Assembly (NCBI GenBank): GCA_034669905.1
Contig: JAXMOL010000009.1
Location: 64,001 to 128,000 of the forward strand
Length of the DNA: 64,000 bases
Direction: 5' to 3'
Source of the DNA: Candidatus Hydrogenedentota bacterium
Lineage (GTDB): Bacteria > Hydrogenedentota > Hydrogenedentia > Hydrogenedentales > JAEUWI01
Under the pieces are notes generated by a model. The model did no database searches. It was not told the DNA's origin and worked only from the letters and a program-made list of their open reading frames with translations. The translations under genes were made by a program, and so were the position numbers. Of the stretch, positions 9,155-18,601 are shown in pieces; the stretch's first letter is position 1; each line of letters starts with the position of its first letter.

Positions 9155-12100
9155 CTAGAGTTCTTTGCCCCGGAGGTTGTCGACACACTTGGCACAATGA
9201 TGGCCATCGCTGCGGGCATCATACGACATGACACAGGGGATTTCTGTTTCGAAGTTGGGCGTGTCTTCCGAGTCGGGGGCGTCCGCCCTCAGCTTCCTCA
9301 ATATTTCGTGCTTGCCCGTTGCCACACCGCTCGCACGGGGACTTCCCGGCGCATGCTGCAGATATAAGGCGTGGGATATCTCGTGAATGGCCAGCGCGTT
9401 GTACTTTGCGGCCTCCGAGCCGTTCCCGCCAAACAGGAAAATACACTGCCCCACCGCTTTTCCTTCTTGGACACCCGCATCATCGGGTACGGTGGTGTAG
9501 TTGTCCAGTGAGGCCGCTTCGACGATACTGATTCCAGGGGCAAAGCCCTTGTTCTTGTTGATAGCGCGCCACAGGGCCGACATCAGCAGTCCCTTCACCA
9601 GCCCGAGTTTCGCGCCGTCGATGGCAAAATAGTGGGGGTTGGCACCGCTATGGACCACCAGCCGGTCATCGCCGTCCAGAGGCATGGGGAAGGTCGTCGC
9701 GTCAATCGCGTCGTTGTAGGCCTTGGGTAGCAACAGGTTGAAGAGAAAGGGAGATTGGTCCGGTATAGGGGCGAGAAGCGTGTCCGCATCAATAAAGTTT
9801 TCGACCTTATAGCAGACCTGGTACTGGGTATCTCCCTGGCTCTCCTTAAACGTTACCGTTACGGTCTGGGCGTCGTAATCTACGGTCTGGCTTTCCACGA
9901 CGTCAGTGGCCACGGCCACGCCGCTCTCGTCATCCAGGACCGCCGTACCTTTGCCGCCGCCTTCCGGGCGGACCGTGAGGGTGCCGAGTTCCGGTTTTCC
10001 GCTCAACGTCAGGCTGAATACTTTCCCGTCATCGCCCACAGGGTTCATGAGCTCCCGAAAGATACTCATCTTATTGTTTCTACGGCCCTCTACCCGAGAT
10101 GTCCTGTTAAAATCAGGATAATCTGTGAGCAGTGTCGCCATCTCGGCGCGGAGGTCGTCTTCGTAATCCTTGAGTGCCGTGGGGGTCTCAGCATCACTTT
10201 CCAGGAGCACTTCCACATAACTATTGGCAAACTCTTTGGTGATGTGATCCGTGAGGTCCAGATCCGGCAACGCCCCCACGTACTTGGCATAGTTGGTGGA
10301 GTAGGGGGCCCCGTTATGCATCAGGCAATCCGGAAGTTCCGCCGCAGTCGCCGGCGCGTCCATACGGACGTGATTGCAGACACGAAGCGAGCGCCAATGC
10401 ACCAGGGTGCCGGTTTCCACCATATCATCGCCGAGCACATCGGGCTTGGGTTGGTGGGGCGGCCCCACATAGGCTTGAATCTTGTAGGAGTCCCCCCCGA
10501 TAAGACTGGGTTCAAAGTTGATACGGGCGATTCCGTTGCCATCACATGTTACGGAGCGCGTAATTCGTTGCGTGCTCAGGAGGAACTCTTTGGGCCCTTT
10601 GGCCGACGTGTAATAGGTCGTGCCACCGCCAACGGCCAGACTCGCGGGACCGTCGGGGGCATCATCTGCACTGACCGGTATCGATTCGAATTGGACCGCC
10701 ACATCCTGCGCATACTCTGCATCGTCCCAGTCAATGCCGGAACCGATGGGGCGTGTCTTGACAACGACCTCCAGCGGAATTTTGCCCAAGGCGGGGTTTT
10801 CCCCGAAGTATTTTTCGTCTACCTCCCGCGGGTCGTTCCCGAGGGTATAGTTTTCCCAGGGCTTTACGGGATCGGTTTCCTGCTCATCCTCGCGAAACTT
10901 TCCCTCCAGGTAGTTCAAGGCATAGAGCAACGTAAAGGCGGGGGTGCGCATGCGGGCATATTCACCGGGCGCCGGCAGGGCTTCGCCACCGACAAGGTAC
11001 GTTGCGATCTCCGCCGCCATCGTGTCACGGGCACCCTCGGTGTCCGCGTCCACCAGCTCGGGAAACAGCTTCTCGGCATGGTCCCACGAATAGAAGAGAC
11101 ACTTTTCAGCATCCGGATGATCCAATGGATGGGAGAAGAGGCCAAGGGTCTGAAGGCGCGCCATGGTTCCCTTCAGGGTGCCCATATCTTCGTCAAACAA
11201 GCGGTTGATATCACCAAGCCGCAATTCGATCTTATACTCCGGAACGCCTACCGCGAATTCACCCGGGTCAGTCTTCCACCCGCGAAGGCGGAGCATGCAC
11301 AGGCCGCAGAAGCGTTCGGAGTCCACATCGTAGTTCATGATGCAGGTGTCGTCCTTGACGTGTTTTTCCTCCACGATCTCTCCCGGTCTAGGTCCGGTAC
11401 GGTTCATGGCGTGGGGGAGAAACAGGGCATGGGCGATCTCGTGGGCAAAGATGGCCGCGTGGTCCTTGTCCTCAGAGGGGCTGACGTGGTCACCATCGGG
11501 CACACTGGATACATAGGTAATGCCTTGGTGGCGCTTGCTTTCGGCGGCAAAGTAGGCACCGGCCAGTCGAATCTCTTTATAGGGCCGGGTGTACTCGAGA
11601 TTCCACGCCAGGTCTTTCAAATTCGTGCGGCCCGGCACATGGAGGAAGAAAATGCCCTCATCCTCGCTATGATTCATGCGAATATATTCCTGAATCATAA
11701 AAGGAAGGGCGCTGTTGGGGAGCGCTTTGTAAACCGGGCGGTCCGCTACGCCCCGGGCGTCATGAATGATGCTGAAACTGCCCTGCTGCGCCTGAAAGAT
11801 AGCTTTGCGGTCGATCAGCGAATCCTTGAGAAACTTTTTAAGATTGTCCAGGCGCCGTATAGCCCGGCCCGAAGGCCCGTTTTTGGAGATGAGTTTGATC
11901 TTCAACAAGGCATTGCGATCCCTGTTGGCGAACTCTGCTCGGAGGGCTGCAATTCCATCGTCCGGCAGGATTTCGGAAAAACGTAGTCTGAGATTCACTC
12001 TTCTCTCAGCCCGTGGATATTCCACGGTGATAACGGTGCCGTCGACGTCCACGTCTATCTTATTCTTATACTTGTTGTTCCGGGATTCTTCTTCCGTATA

Positions 12101-14224
12101 TTCAACGCCCCAGAAGTCCCATTGGGGTTCGAATTGAATTCTTCCTGTAGCCCGCGTTGCATGCCCCGTGATAACTTCGCCATTTGTGAAGGATTGGGCC
12201 GGGTCCTCGAAAAACACCTGCAGGGGGGATTCGGCACGTGTCAGCGTCGAATAGAGCACAACGGCCCTGTAGCCAGCTGCGTCGCCGACGCATTCCTCAA
12301 GCAGCCTGAAGTCGCTGCGGTTTTCGACCGTGTGAAAGTGTTGCACACGACCGTCTTTGAATGCGGCCTCCATATCATCCAGATAAGTTTTTTCCTTATA
12401 GCATATGGGCGGGGAATTGGCCGGAAGGTCGGCGCTGACAAAATACTTGTAACTCAGTGGATTGTTAAAATCTACTTCGTTGTACCAAAAAGGATCGGCT
12501 AACAGCGAGGTCAGGGCAGATTGTAGCGCGGCTTCATAGTCTGCCTTCACGATCGCGACCTTTTCGTAATCAAGCTTTATATTAGCCTCTTTCAGGAAGA
12601 GGGCCGCCGTGGAAGTGAGGCATGCATCGGGATCGCATCCAAAATCGGGGGTGCCATAGGCCAGGTACTTCAAATTGACCTTGCGAAATACCTCGAATTC
12701 ACCGGCCTTGGTTATCGCCGGCGCATTGGTTTCAATGTCATCCTCCGAATCGAAGGCCGGATCGAAATAGAGCTGGACCGAGACATGGTACTTGTCCCCC
12801 GCCATGCGAGAAGGCTGGAAGATAACACCCGTCTTGCACGGATCAGGACTCTCGGCGTCCTCCGCCGCGTCGCCTGCTTCGCTTTCTGGCTCAGCTACGG
12901 CCTCACTGTCGCCGTCTTGTGCAGGGAGGGCAGGGAAGTGCGACAGAGCGGCCCACGTCCGTGTCTCACAGAGCGTAACCTGAAAGGGAAAGGCGTCTTC
13001 TTCGGTGACCTCGGGAAAAATTGGTGCATTGGTATCGCCAAGCTTTCCACCGAAGTGCACGGGCGCGTTGAGCGACGTTTCAGGCTTGGCTCCTGCGTTC
13101 TTATGATAGGCCGCATTCAGGAAGGCCTCGGTGTTTTTTGGGGTTTCTGCAGGGGTGATGGGGCTCTTCCACCGATCGGGCTCGTTGTCTTGCCAGTCCC
13201 AGAGAAGGGTGGCCCCGGCGAGTGCCTCGGGTGCCAGGGTTGTCCCGGCCCCGGCCGACGTTTTTACCGAGACGGTGGCCACAAGAGGTATCCGTGGGCC
13301 TTGTCCCCAAAGCTTCTTGTAGTTATCAAAGTCTGATTGGTCAGCGAATTCGGTGGTTGATTCCTCCACATCCCCTCCGACCATATTTCTAACCGCAAAG
13401 AGGTTGCTCTCCAGCACGACTTCATGCTTCACACCTTCGATGGGCTTGGCGTTGGCCTCGCTCAGGTCATTGAGAAGCTGCTTCTCCAGTCCGATGACCT
13501 CGTCGTCACCGGCGTCACCACCTGCGTCACCACCGGCAGCCGGTTTCCCCAGGATTTTTTCCTTGTATACCTCGTCAATATCCTTCCGTTCGGGGTCGAG
13601 GAGATCATAGGCGCCCCATTCCAGGTCTATTTTTTCAATGAGCACATCGAAGTAGGTCCAGGCCACCGCCTGGGCGGTATCTACCGCCCCGGGCTGCTCG
13701 GGATCCGGATGAAGGGTGATCTTGACCTTATAGGGCGACATCTGGACGTTGATATAGCCGGCCGGAAAATGCTCCGGGTCGGCTTCTTCGTCGAGCTTAC
13801 CATCCCAGGCCAACTCGCCACTGTTCGCATCCGTATCCTTCTTCTCCAGGATATGGGAGAAAATGGGCTCGCCGTTTCCACGGTGATAGACCTCGATGGT
13901 GGCGCCCGATGCCTTGTCCCCATTCTCCAGCGTCCAGGAAATGGTTCCGCTTTCGTGCTTGGGTGCGAAGCACGGACGGGTCGCGTCGTCACTGGCGATG
14001 TCCGCATGGTCCGCCTGATTGTAGCTGGTCGACGTGCCCCCGGCGGTCAGGGTCAGCGATACGACCTTTCCCTGCTGGGATTCTTCCGTATCCTCTCCCG
14101 AGCTGCTTTCGCAGATTTTTGTGCCGCTCTGGGACTGATCGGCACTGCCGCCACCGTCTGACGCCAGGCGGCTCTCGGGGTCCTTGTAGGCCTCAAATTC
14201 AATAGTTGGCGGGTAAGGATACAT
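9155..14224 (-). CDS. Large (1689 aa) putative secreted-effector protein with two metzincin-like Zn-metallopeptidase units
   Basis: HEIAHALFLPH...CIMNY...FCGLC and HEISHALYLQH...CVMSY...HCAKC; no signal peptide; downstream of a DUF4123 gene. Confidence 0.7.
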   Translation of the reverse strand: MYPYPPTIEFEAYKDPESRLASDGGGSADQSQSGTKICESSSGEDTEESQQGKVVSLTLTAGGTSTSYNQADHADIASDDATRPCFAPKHESGTISWTLENGDKASGATIEVYHRGNGEPIFSHILEKKDTDANSGELAWDGKLDEEADPEHFPAGYINVQMSPYKVKITLHPDPEQPGAVDTAQAVAWTYFDVLIEKIDLEWGAYDLLDPERKDIDEVYKEKILGKPAAGGDAGGDAGDDEVIGLEKQLLNDLSEANAKPIEGVKHEVVLESNLFAVRNMVGGDVEESTTEFADQSDFDNYKKLWGQGPRIPLVATVSVKTSAGAGTTLAPEALAGATLLWDWQDNEPDRWKSPITPAETPKNTEAFLNAAYHKNAGAKPETSLNAPVHFGGKLGDTNAPIFPEVTEEDAFPFQVTLCETRTWAALSHFPALPAQDGDSEAVAEPESEAGDAAEDAESPDPCKTGVIFQPSRMAGDKYHVSVQLYFDPAFDSEDDIETNAPAITKAGEFEVFRKVNLKYLAYGTPDFGCDPDACLTSTAALFLKEANIKLDYEKVAIVKADYEAALQSALTSLLADPFWYNEVDFNNPLSYKYFVSADLPANSPPICYKEKTYLDDMEAAFKDGRVQHFHTVENRSDFRLLEECVGDAAGYRAVVLYSTLTRAESPLQVFFEDPAQSFTNGEVITGHATRATGRIQFEPQWDFWGVEYTEEESRNNKYKNKIDVDVDGTVITVEYPRAERRVNLRLRFSEILPDDGIAALRAEFANRDRNALLKIKLISKNGPSGRAIRRLDNLKKFLKDSLIDRKAIFQAQQGSFSIIHDARGVADRPVYKALPNSALPFMIQEYIRMNHSEDEGIFFLHVPGRTNLKDLAWNLEYTRPYKEIRLAGAYFAAESKRHQGITYVSSVPDGDHVSPSEDKDHAAIFAHEIAHALFLPHAMNRTGPRPGEIVEEKHVKDDTCIMNYDVDSERFCGLCMLRLRGWKTDPGEFAVGVPEYKIELRLGDINRLFDEDMGTLKGTMARLQTLGLFSHPLDHPDAEKCLFYSWDHAEKLFPELVDADTEGARDTMAAEIATYLVGGEALPAPGEYARMRTPAFTLLYALNYLEGKFREDEQETDPVKPWENYTLGNDPREVDEKYFGENPALGKIPLEVVVKTRPIGSGIDWDDAEYAQDVAVQFESIPVSADDAPDGPASLAVGGGTTYYTSAKGPKEFLLSTQRITRSVTCDGNGIARINFEPSLIGGDSYKIQAYVGPPHQPKPDVLGDDMVETGTLVHWRSLRVCNHVRMDAPATAAELPDCLMHNGAPYSTNYAKYVGALPDLDLTDHITKEFANSYVEVLLESDAETPTALKDYEDDLRAEMATLLTDYPDFNRTSRVEGRRNNKMSIFRELMNPVGDDGKVFSLTLSGKPELGTLTVRPEGGGKGTAVLDDESGVAVATDVVESQTVDYDAQTVTVTFKESQGDTQYQVCYKVENFIDADTLLAPIPDQSPFLFNLLLPKAYNDAIDATTFPMPLDGDDRLVVHSGANPHYFAIDGAKLGLVKGLLMSALWRAINKNKGFAPGISIVEAASLDNYTTVPDDAGVQEGKAVGQCIFLFGGNGSEAAKYNALAIHEISHALYLQHAPGSPRASGVATGKHEILRKLRADAPDSEDTPNFETEIPCVMSYDARSDGHHCAKCVDNLRGKEL

Positions 14225-14317
14225 AGAACTCTCTCTTACTTCGGAAGCGCCGCAACCACATTACCCGGTTGCCGCTTTAACGATTCTGGTTATACCGGAC
14301 CGGGGCGTTGGAGTACC

Positions 14318-14710
14318 TCATTTTTTGCCCTGCGGGCGTTGGGCATAGAGCCCGCGCCCCTTATTCTCTCGTTTCAACGCGTCGGAATAAAGCTGATTCA
14401 TTTTCTTGTTCGGCTCGTGGCTCCCGCGCTGCAGCGCATTCTGCGTCCAGCGGCACGCGGGGTCGGTGTCAAAGTCCCGGCCAAAGGTGAACATGAGGCC
14501 GAGCCAGCGTTTGATTTGGCCGTCACTTCGAAAGGAATATCGCCGGGCACGCCCGATGCCATAGCGAACGATTTCGAGCAATGCGTCCTCATCCATGGAT
14601 TCGCATTGCTCGGGAAAGGTCGTTCTGACATGACACACCATTTCCAATTCAAATTGTTCCCGTATGGGAGCAGCGATTGCTTCGATTTGTTTACTTCGGA
14701 GTACTAGCAC
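14318..14710 (-). CDS. Small helical protein of the type that follows DUF4123 genes (putative co-chaperone)
   Basis: MLVLRSKQIEAI...GIGRARRYSF...FGRDFDTDP..RW pattern; position between the DUF4123 gene and the effector. Confidence 0.6.
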   Translation of the reverse strand: MLVLRSKQIEAIAAPIREQFELEMVCHVRTTFPEQCESMDEDALLEIVRYGIGRARRYSFRSDGQIKRWLGLMFTFGRDFDTDPACRWTQNALQRGSHEPNKKMNQLYSDALKRENKGRGLYAQRPQGKK

Positions 14711-14758
14711 GAGGGCACCATAGGGATTGCGCTACTCTTTTCTAGAAGGTTTAACGGG

Positions 14759-15385
14759 CTACACGCGGGAGGTCTTTTGCGCCCTGTCGTCGGCACTATC
14801 TACGCCGTGCGCCCAGTTCGCAATCACATCCTTCTCCATCTGGACGGCTGCCTGCCCCGCACGGTAGTGATGCATGATTCCCGGTGTTTCCCCTTCCACA
14901 AAAATACTGCGAATCGGGCCGAAGAACTGGCGGCACTCCTTCGCCGTGCAGGTGGGAAGATAGGTCCGAATCACCCGCGGGTCGTAATACCGAAAGTAAA
15001 ACATGTTGTTCTGCTCGTCATAGACTTTGAAAATCGAGCGGCAATGCTGCCGCACGGCCTGGGGCCAGGAGGTCGTAAGCAGTAAAATGCCCGTGTTGCT
15101 GCCCAGCTTCTCTGTCCAGCGCTGCATATATTCCGGATAGCGATTGGTGCATTTGATTCGCACCAGATAAGGGCCTACCTTCGTCATGTGATACGGCGCC
15201 TTCGTGAACAGCGGACGAAGGGGTTCGCCGAGAATATTTCGGGAACCTACGGAAAGACGGTAGTCCTGGGCGGCATCGACGAGGGCATAAAGGTTGTCAT
15301 CCGGCCGTTTGAACTGCTCAAGATACTGATGCAGATCGTAGGCGTCGGGAAGCGTCGGGTGGGGTGGCGCGGGTACATCCATCAT
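14759..15385 (-). CDS. DUF4123 (TEC/Tap-1-type) effector adaptor
   Basis: LYALVDAAQD, GPYLV, FYFRYYDPRVIRTYLP...FFGPI. Start reassigned to ATG 15385, 1 nt after the upstream stop; the ORF-track start at 15718 overlaps another gene. Confidence 0.9.
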   Translation of the reverse strand: MMDVPAPPHPTLPDAYDLHQYLEQFKRPDDNLYALVDAAQDYRLSVGSRNILGEPLRPLFTKAPYHMTKVGPYLVRIKCTNRYPEYMQRWTEKLGSNTGILLLTTSWPQAVRQHCRSIFKVYDEQNNMFYFRYYDPRVIRTYLPTCTAKECRQFFGPIRSIFVEGETPGIMHHYRAGQAAVQMEKDVIANWAHGVDSADDRAQKTSRV

Positions 15386-15386
15386 G

Positions 15387-15746
15387 TTAGCCGTTCTTCC
15401 GGCGGTCGGGGTCAGGGCGCTTCGCCGCATCATCCACCTGGCGGCGATCGGTACAGCCAGAACCGCTTCCTTCCACCAGGGGCGCGCCCGATTCTGCCGC
15501 ACTCTCAAAGGCATCCGCGCAAGAGGGATTGGTGCACTCTGCGGGCTCTTCTTCGGCGGGGGGGAGGGGCGCGATTGTCTGAGGCTGACTCCGCGGTGGT
15601 GTGCGGGATGCCGCCCCATCGTCACCCTCCGCCTGGGCCGGGGGCTCGGGCAGACTGGGCATTTCATCATACATGCGATCCAATTCGCCATCGGTGCGCT
15701 GAAAGTTGGCACCATCAACGTTCATTTTCGACCAGGGCTGTCGCAT
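15387..15746 (-). CDS. 119-aa hypothetical protein, Pro/acidic linker plus a VgrG/PAAR C-terminal-tail-like motif
   Basis: AGGAGGAG RBS 6 nt before ATG 15746; CTNPSCADAFESAAESGAPLVE...C; stop abuts the DUF4123 start. Confidence 0.55.
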   Translation of the reverse strand: MRQPWSKMNVDGANFQRTDGELDRMYDEMPSLPEPPAQAEGDDGAASRTPPRSQPQTIAPLPPAEEEPAECTNPSCADAFESAAESGAPLVEGSGSGCTDRRQVDDAAKRPDPDRRKNG

Positions 15747-15986
15747 GCGCACTCCTCCTGCATCGCCTGCCCTATTGGTGGGCGCGCGGTGCGTACAGGG
15801 TTTATTGTTTACTGCTCTGATTGTAATCAGAAAGGGCCGCTGCTGCAAGCCCGGCCCGGGAATTTTCGTCCTTACGGCGCAATTATTTTTCGAATGTTAC
15901 GGCTGTATACCTCCCCCGATTTATCGGTATACTATCTACAGGCCGCTTCGTCGCCCCAACACAAGGGGCACAATGGAACATACAAC

Positions 15987-16709
15987 ATGACTTACCTGCG
16001 TGACATCCTGCTCATAAGCTTCGCCTGCGCCCTCATGGGAGCAGGCAGCGGCGTTGTTGCGCAGACCCGTGATGTTGAGGGAGCGCCCAAGATACCCATT
16101 AAGAACCAGCGCGCCACGGGCAAACCCGCCCAGGAACTGTCCCGGGAGATGCCGGGGAATGCCCCCATCAAATACCAGGACTTCCAACGCTATAAGCGCG
16201 ATGAAGTCAATCGGATAGCCACACCCCGTCCCGACGACTACCAGATCCACACCGAAGAAGGGGACGTGATTGAGGTCCGCCATGAACGCTTTTTCACCGG
16301 TGAGGCCCTCGATCGCTGCGAACTGGAATTCAAAGTAGCCAGCACGATCCGCGTTCCAAAAATATTCGTCGTAAGTGACGAACCCTTCATCGTCGATCCC
16401 CGCAAGCCCGGTGCGCTCAAGAAGACCATTTTTACCGAGTATGACCACGAGTCCTTTGACAAACTGCGCCCGTCCACGGCAAATGGCAATATCCGCAACC
16501 GCCCCTTTAACAAACGGGTCTATCCGCCTCAGAATACCCAGCGGGAAATTGCCCTTTACCGGACTGGTCAGCTGCTGAAATCGACCCGGGCCCATATCAA
16601 AACCCGGACCCCGCTGGAAGACGTCCATTCCAACGTGGATATCGGACGGGAAACGGCCATCCGCCTCTATCCGGGGTACCGCATCACCCTCACCTGGATG
16701 AGTGAATAG
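15987..16709 (+). CDS. Secreted hypothetical protein
   Basis: Signal peptide MTYLRDILLISFACALMGAGSGVVAQ; no recognised domain. Confidence 0.65.
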   Translation: MTYLRDILLISFACALMGAGSGVVAQTRDVEGAPKIPIKNQRATGKPAQELSREMPGNAPIKYQDFQRYKRDEVNRIATPRPDDYQIHTEEGDVIEVRHERFFTGEALDRCELEFKVASTIRVPKIFVVSDEPFIVDPRKPGALKKTIFTEYDHESFDKLRPSTANGNIRNRPFNKRVYPPQNTQREIALYRTGQLLKSTRAHIKTRTPLEDVHSNVDIGRETAIRLYPGYRITLTWMSE

Positions 16710-16893
16710 CGGCGAGCAGTACCCTTGAGGGACTTCGTTTCATTGGCGCGGGGGGCGTTCGTGCCACGCGATGCCGAGTGCCACAAGCTTTCGTGTCCAT
16801 GGAACTTCGTAGACGAGGGGCCATGGTGGATGACCGGAATTGTCGTGCTCGTGATGGGTGCCTGCGGCGCAGCCACCTTGTCCGCTCTCCATG

Positions 16894-18600
16894 CTAGGGA
16901 GACGGCACGAATTCCCGGCTGCCGATATCCGGTGCCGCACCGTGGGGTGCCGCTGGCGCCGACGATCCCTCGTGAAGCGCTGACAATGCCTCGCCGGCAT
17001 CGATGAGGGGACTTCCTGGTGTTGGCCCGAAGTGTTCGGACAGCTTGGGGTCGTCGAATACGCTGTGGCTCTCGGGGGCCAGACCGGTCGAATCGCCTCC
17101 CGCGTTTTGAAAATATCCGTTGTAGTCCGAGTCGATGCCGGTACCGCCCGATTGAACCGCGAGTCCCGGACCCCGGTTTTCCATCAACAGATTGTTCCGC
17201 ACAACGAGCTCGGAAACCGACTGTTTTACCAGTATGCCCGTATCGGCTCCCCGCACAAGATTGTTTGCCAGGGTCAGCCCCCGGGCTTCCTGGACACCAA
17301 TACCCGCATGGGGATGTTGGCCCGGTCCGGTACCATGAATCTGATTGTAGGCAACCAGCACCTCCGACGCCGCGCTGAATTGCCGTACCCGCAGGGCTTC
17401 TTTATCGAGGTCATCACCGAGACACACGTTTTCAATGTGGTTTCGAAGGACCGCCACCTGGAGACGTGCGCCATAGTGCTCCAGCTCCTGCACCATGATG
17501 GCCGTGCCGCCAAGTCCTGAAAACGAGTTGTCTGTAATGCGGACCGACGTCGCGGTTGCCGCAGGCCGCCAGATGACCACGCCTTCATCGGCCAGGGCCC
17601 CGTTGTTCCCCACAAAGGTGCAGCCCTCCACCGTGCGCACCCAGCCGTTGTAGTCATTCATGATGGCCGCGTGGTCGTCGCCGCCACCCTGCAACGTGGC
17701 CGTAAAGGTGCAGCCTGAAATATCCACCGGGCCGCTCTGTTCAGCAATCACCTGGATGGCATAGGCGCGCTGATGCAGCAGATTCCAATCGTCAAAAGTG
17801 GAGTCTGCCACCACGCCATCATTCGAGCCGTGCTGGAACTGTATGTGATTGCCGGGGCTTCCCGAGAAATGGCATTCCTCTACCCGCAGGCCATCACTAT
17901 CCCACGCGAGGAGGGTGATGTTGCGACCATGGCCCATATCCAGCTGGCGAAAGGTGATGTGGTCTGCTTCCAGCGGGCCAATGACAAATTCCCGCACGGG
18001 AATTTCAATGGTCGAAGCAGACTCGGCCGGATTTCGATCCAAGTGCACATAGAGACGTTTTCGGGCCTGGTCGAAGTAAAAATCCCAGGGGGCCGACAGG
18101 TCCTCTCGGGCGCTGCGGCGGGTGCCGTGCGCGCCATCGTGTATGAGCATGCCCGGCGGGTGTGTGATACCCAGGAGATACCACCGTCCTTCCGCATCGC
18201 GATGCCATTCCGCAGGGGTGTCGAAAGTATTGGAGCCCCGTAGAGCGGGCGGGGCACCTTCGCCATAGGCCCCAATGACGATGGGCTGTTCGGCCGTGCC
18301 CGACTGGGCAACGTCGAGAGAGGCCCGCCATATCTGCCCCCGGCGCAACAGCACCTGGTCTGCGGGGCGTAGCGGCGCGCGCCGCACGGCGGAGAGGGTT
18401 CGCCAGGGGGCTTCCGGAGAATTTCCAGGATTTCCGTCCCGCCCGATTTCCTGGTCGACGTAATACGTGCGGCTACCCTCGAATGCAACGGATTCGGCGA
18501 CAATGACCCGTTCGCGTTCCTGCTGCATGGTGGAGAGAACCCACCCTACGCCAATCGCCAGGACAATCACGATCAATAGATAAGGGAGTGCTCGGCCCAT
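16894..18600 (-). CDS. Membrane-anchored right-handed parallel beta-helix protein (polysaccharide lyase-like)
   Basis: N-terminal TM helix; TYYVD...GRDGNPGNSPEAPWRTL, QVLLRRGQIW, PIVIGAYGEG; C-terminal SPLIDAG...PDIG. Confidence 0.8.
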   Translation of the reverse strand: MGRALPYLLIVIVLAIGVGWVLSTMQQERERVIVAESVAFEGSRTYYVDQEIGRDGNPGNSPEAPWRTLSAVRRAPLRPADQVLLRRGQIWRASLDVAQSGTAEQPIVIGAYGEGAPPALRGSNTFDTPAEWHRDAEGRWYLLGITHPPGMLIHDGAHGTRRSAREDLSAPWDFYFDQARKRLYVHLDRNPAESASTIEIPVREFVIGPLEADHITFRQLDMGHGRNITLLAWDSDGLRVEECHFSGSPGNHIQFQHGSNDGVVADSTFDDWNLLHQRAYAIQVIAEQSGPVDISGCTFTATLQGGGDDHAAIMNDYNGWVRTVEGCTFVGNNGALADEGVVIWRPAATATSVRITDNSFSGLGGTAIMVQELEHYGARLQVAVLRNHIENVCLGDDLDKEALRVRQFSAASEVLVAYNQIHGTGPGQHPHAGIGVQEARGLTLANNLVRGADTGILVKQSVSELVVRNNLLMENRGPGLAVQSGGTGIDSDYNGYFQNAGGDSTGLAPESHSVFDDPKLSEHFGPTPGSPLIDAGEALSALHEGSSAPAAPHGAAPDIGSREFVPSP

Positions 18601-18601
18601 C

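Noticed and set aside
9755..11986. 743-aa plus-strand ORF
   Set aside because: Antisense shadow of the 1689-aa gene; no motifs; such shadows are common in GC-rich DNA.
15384..15986. N-terminal extension of the 441-aa plus-strand ORF
   Set aside because: Antisense to the 119-aa gene; the signal peptide begins at ATG 15987.
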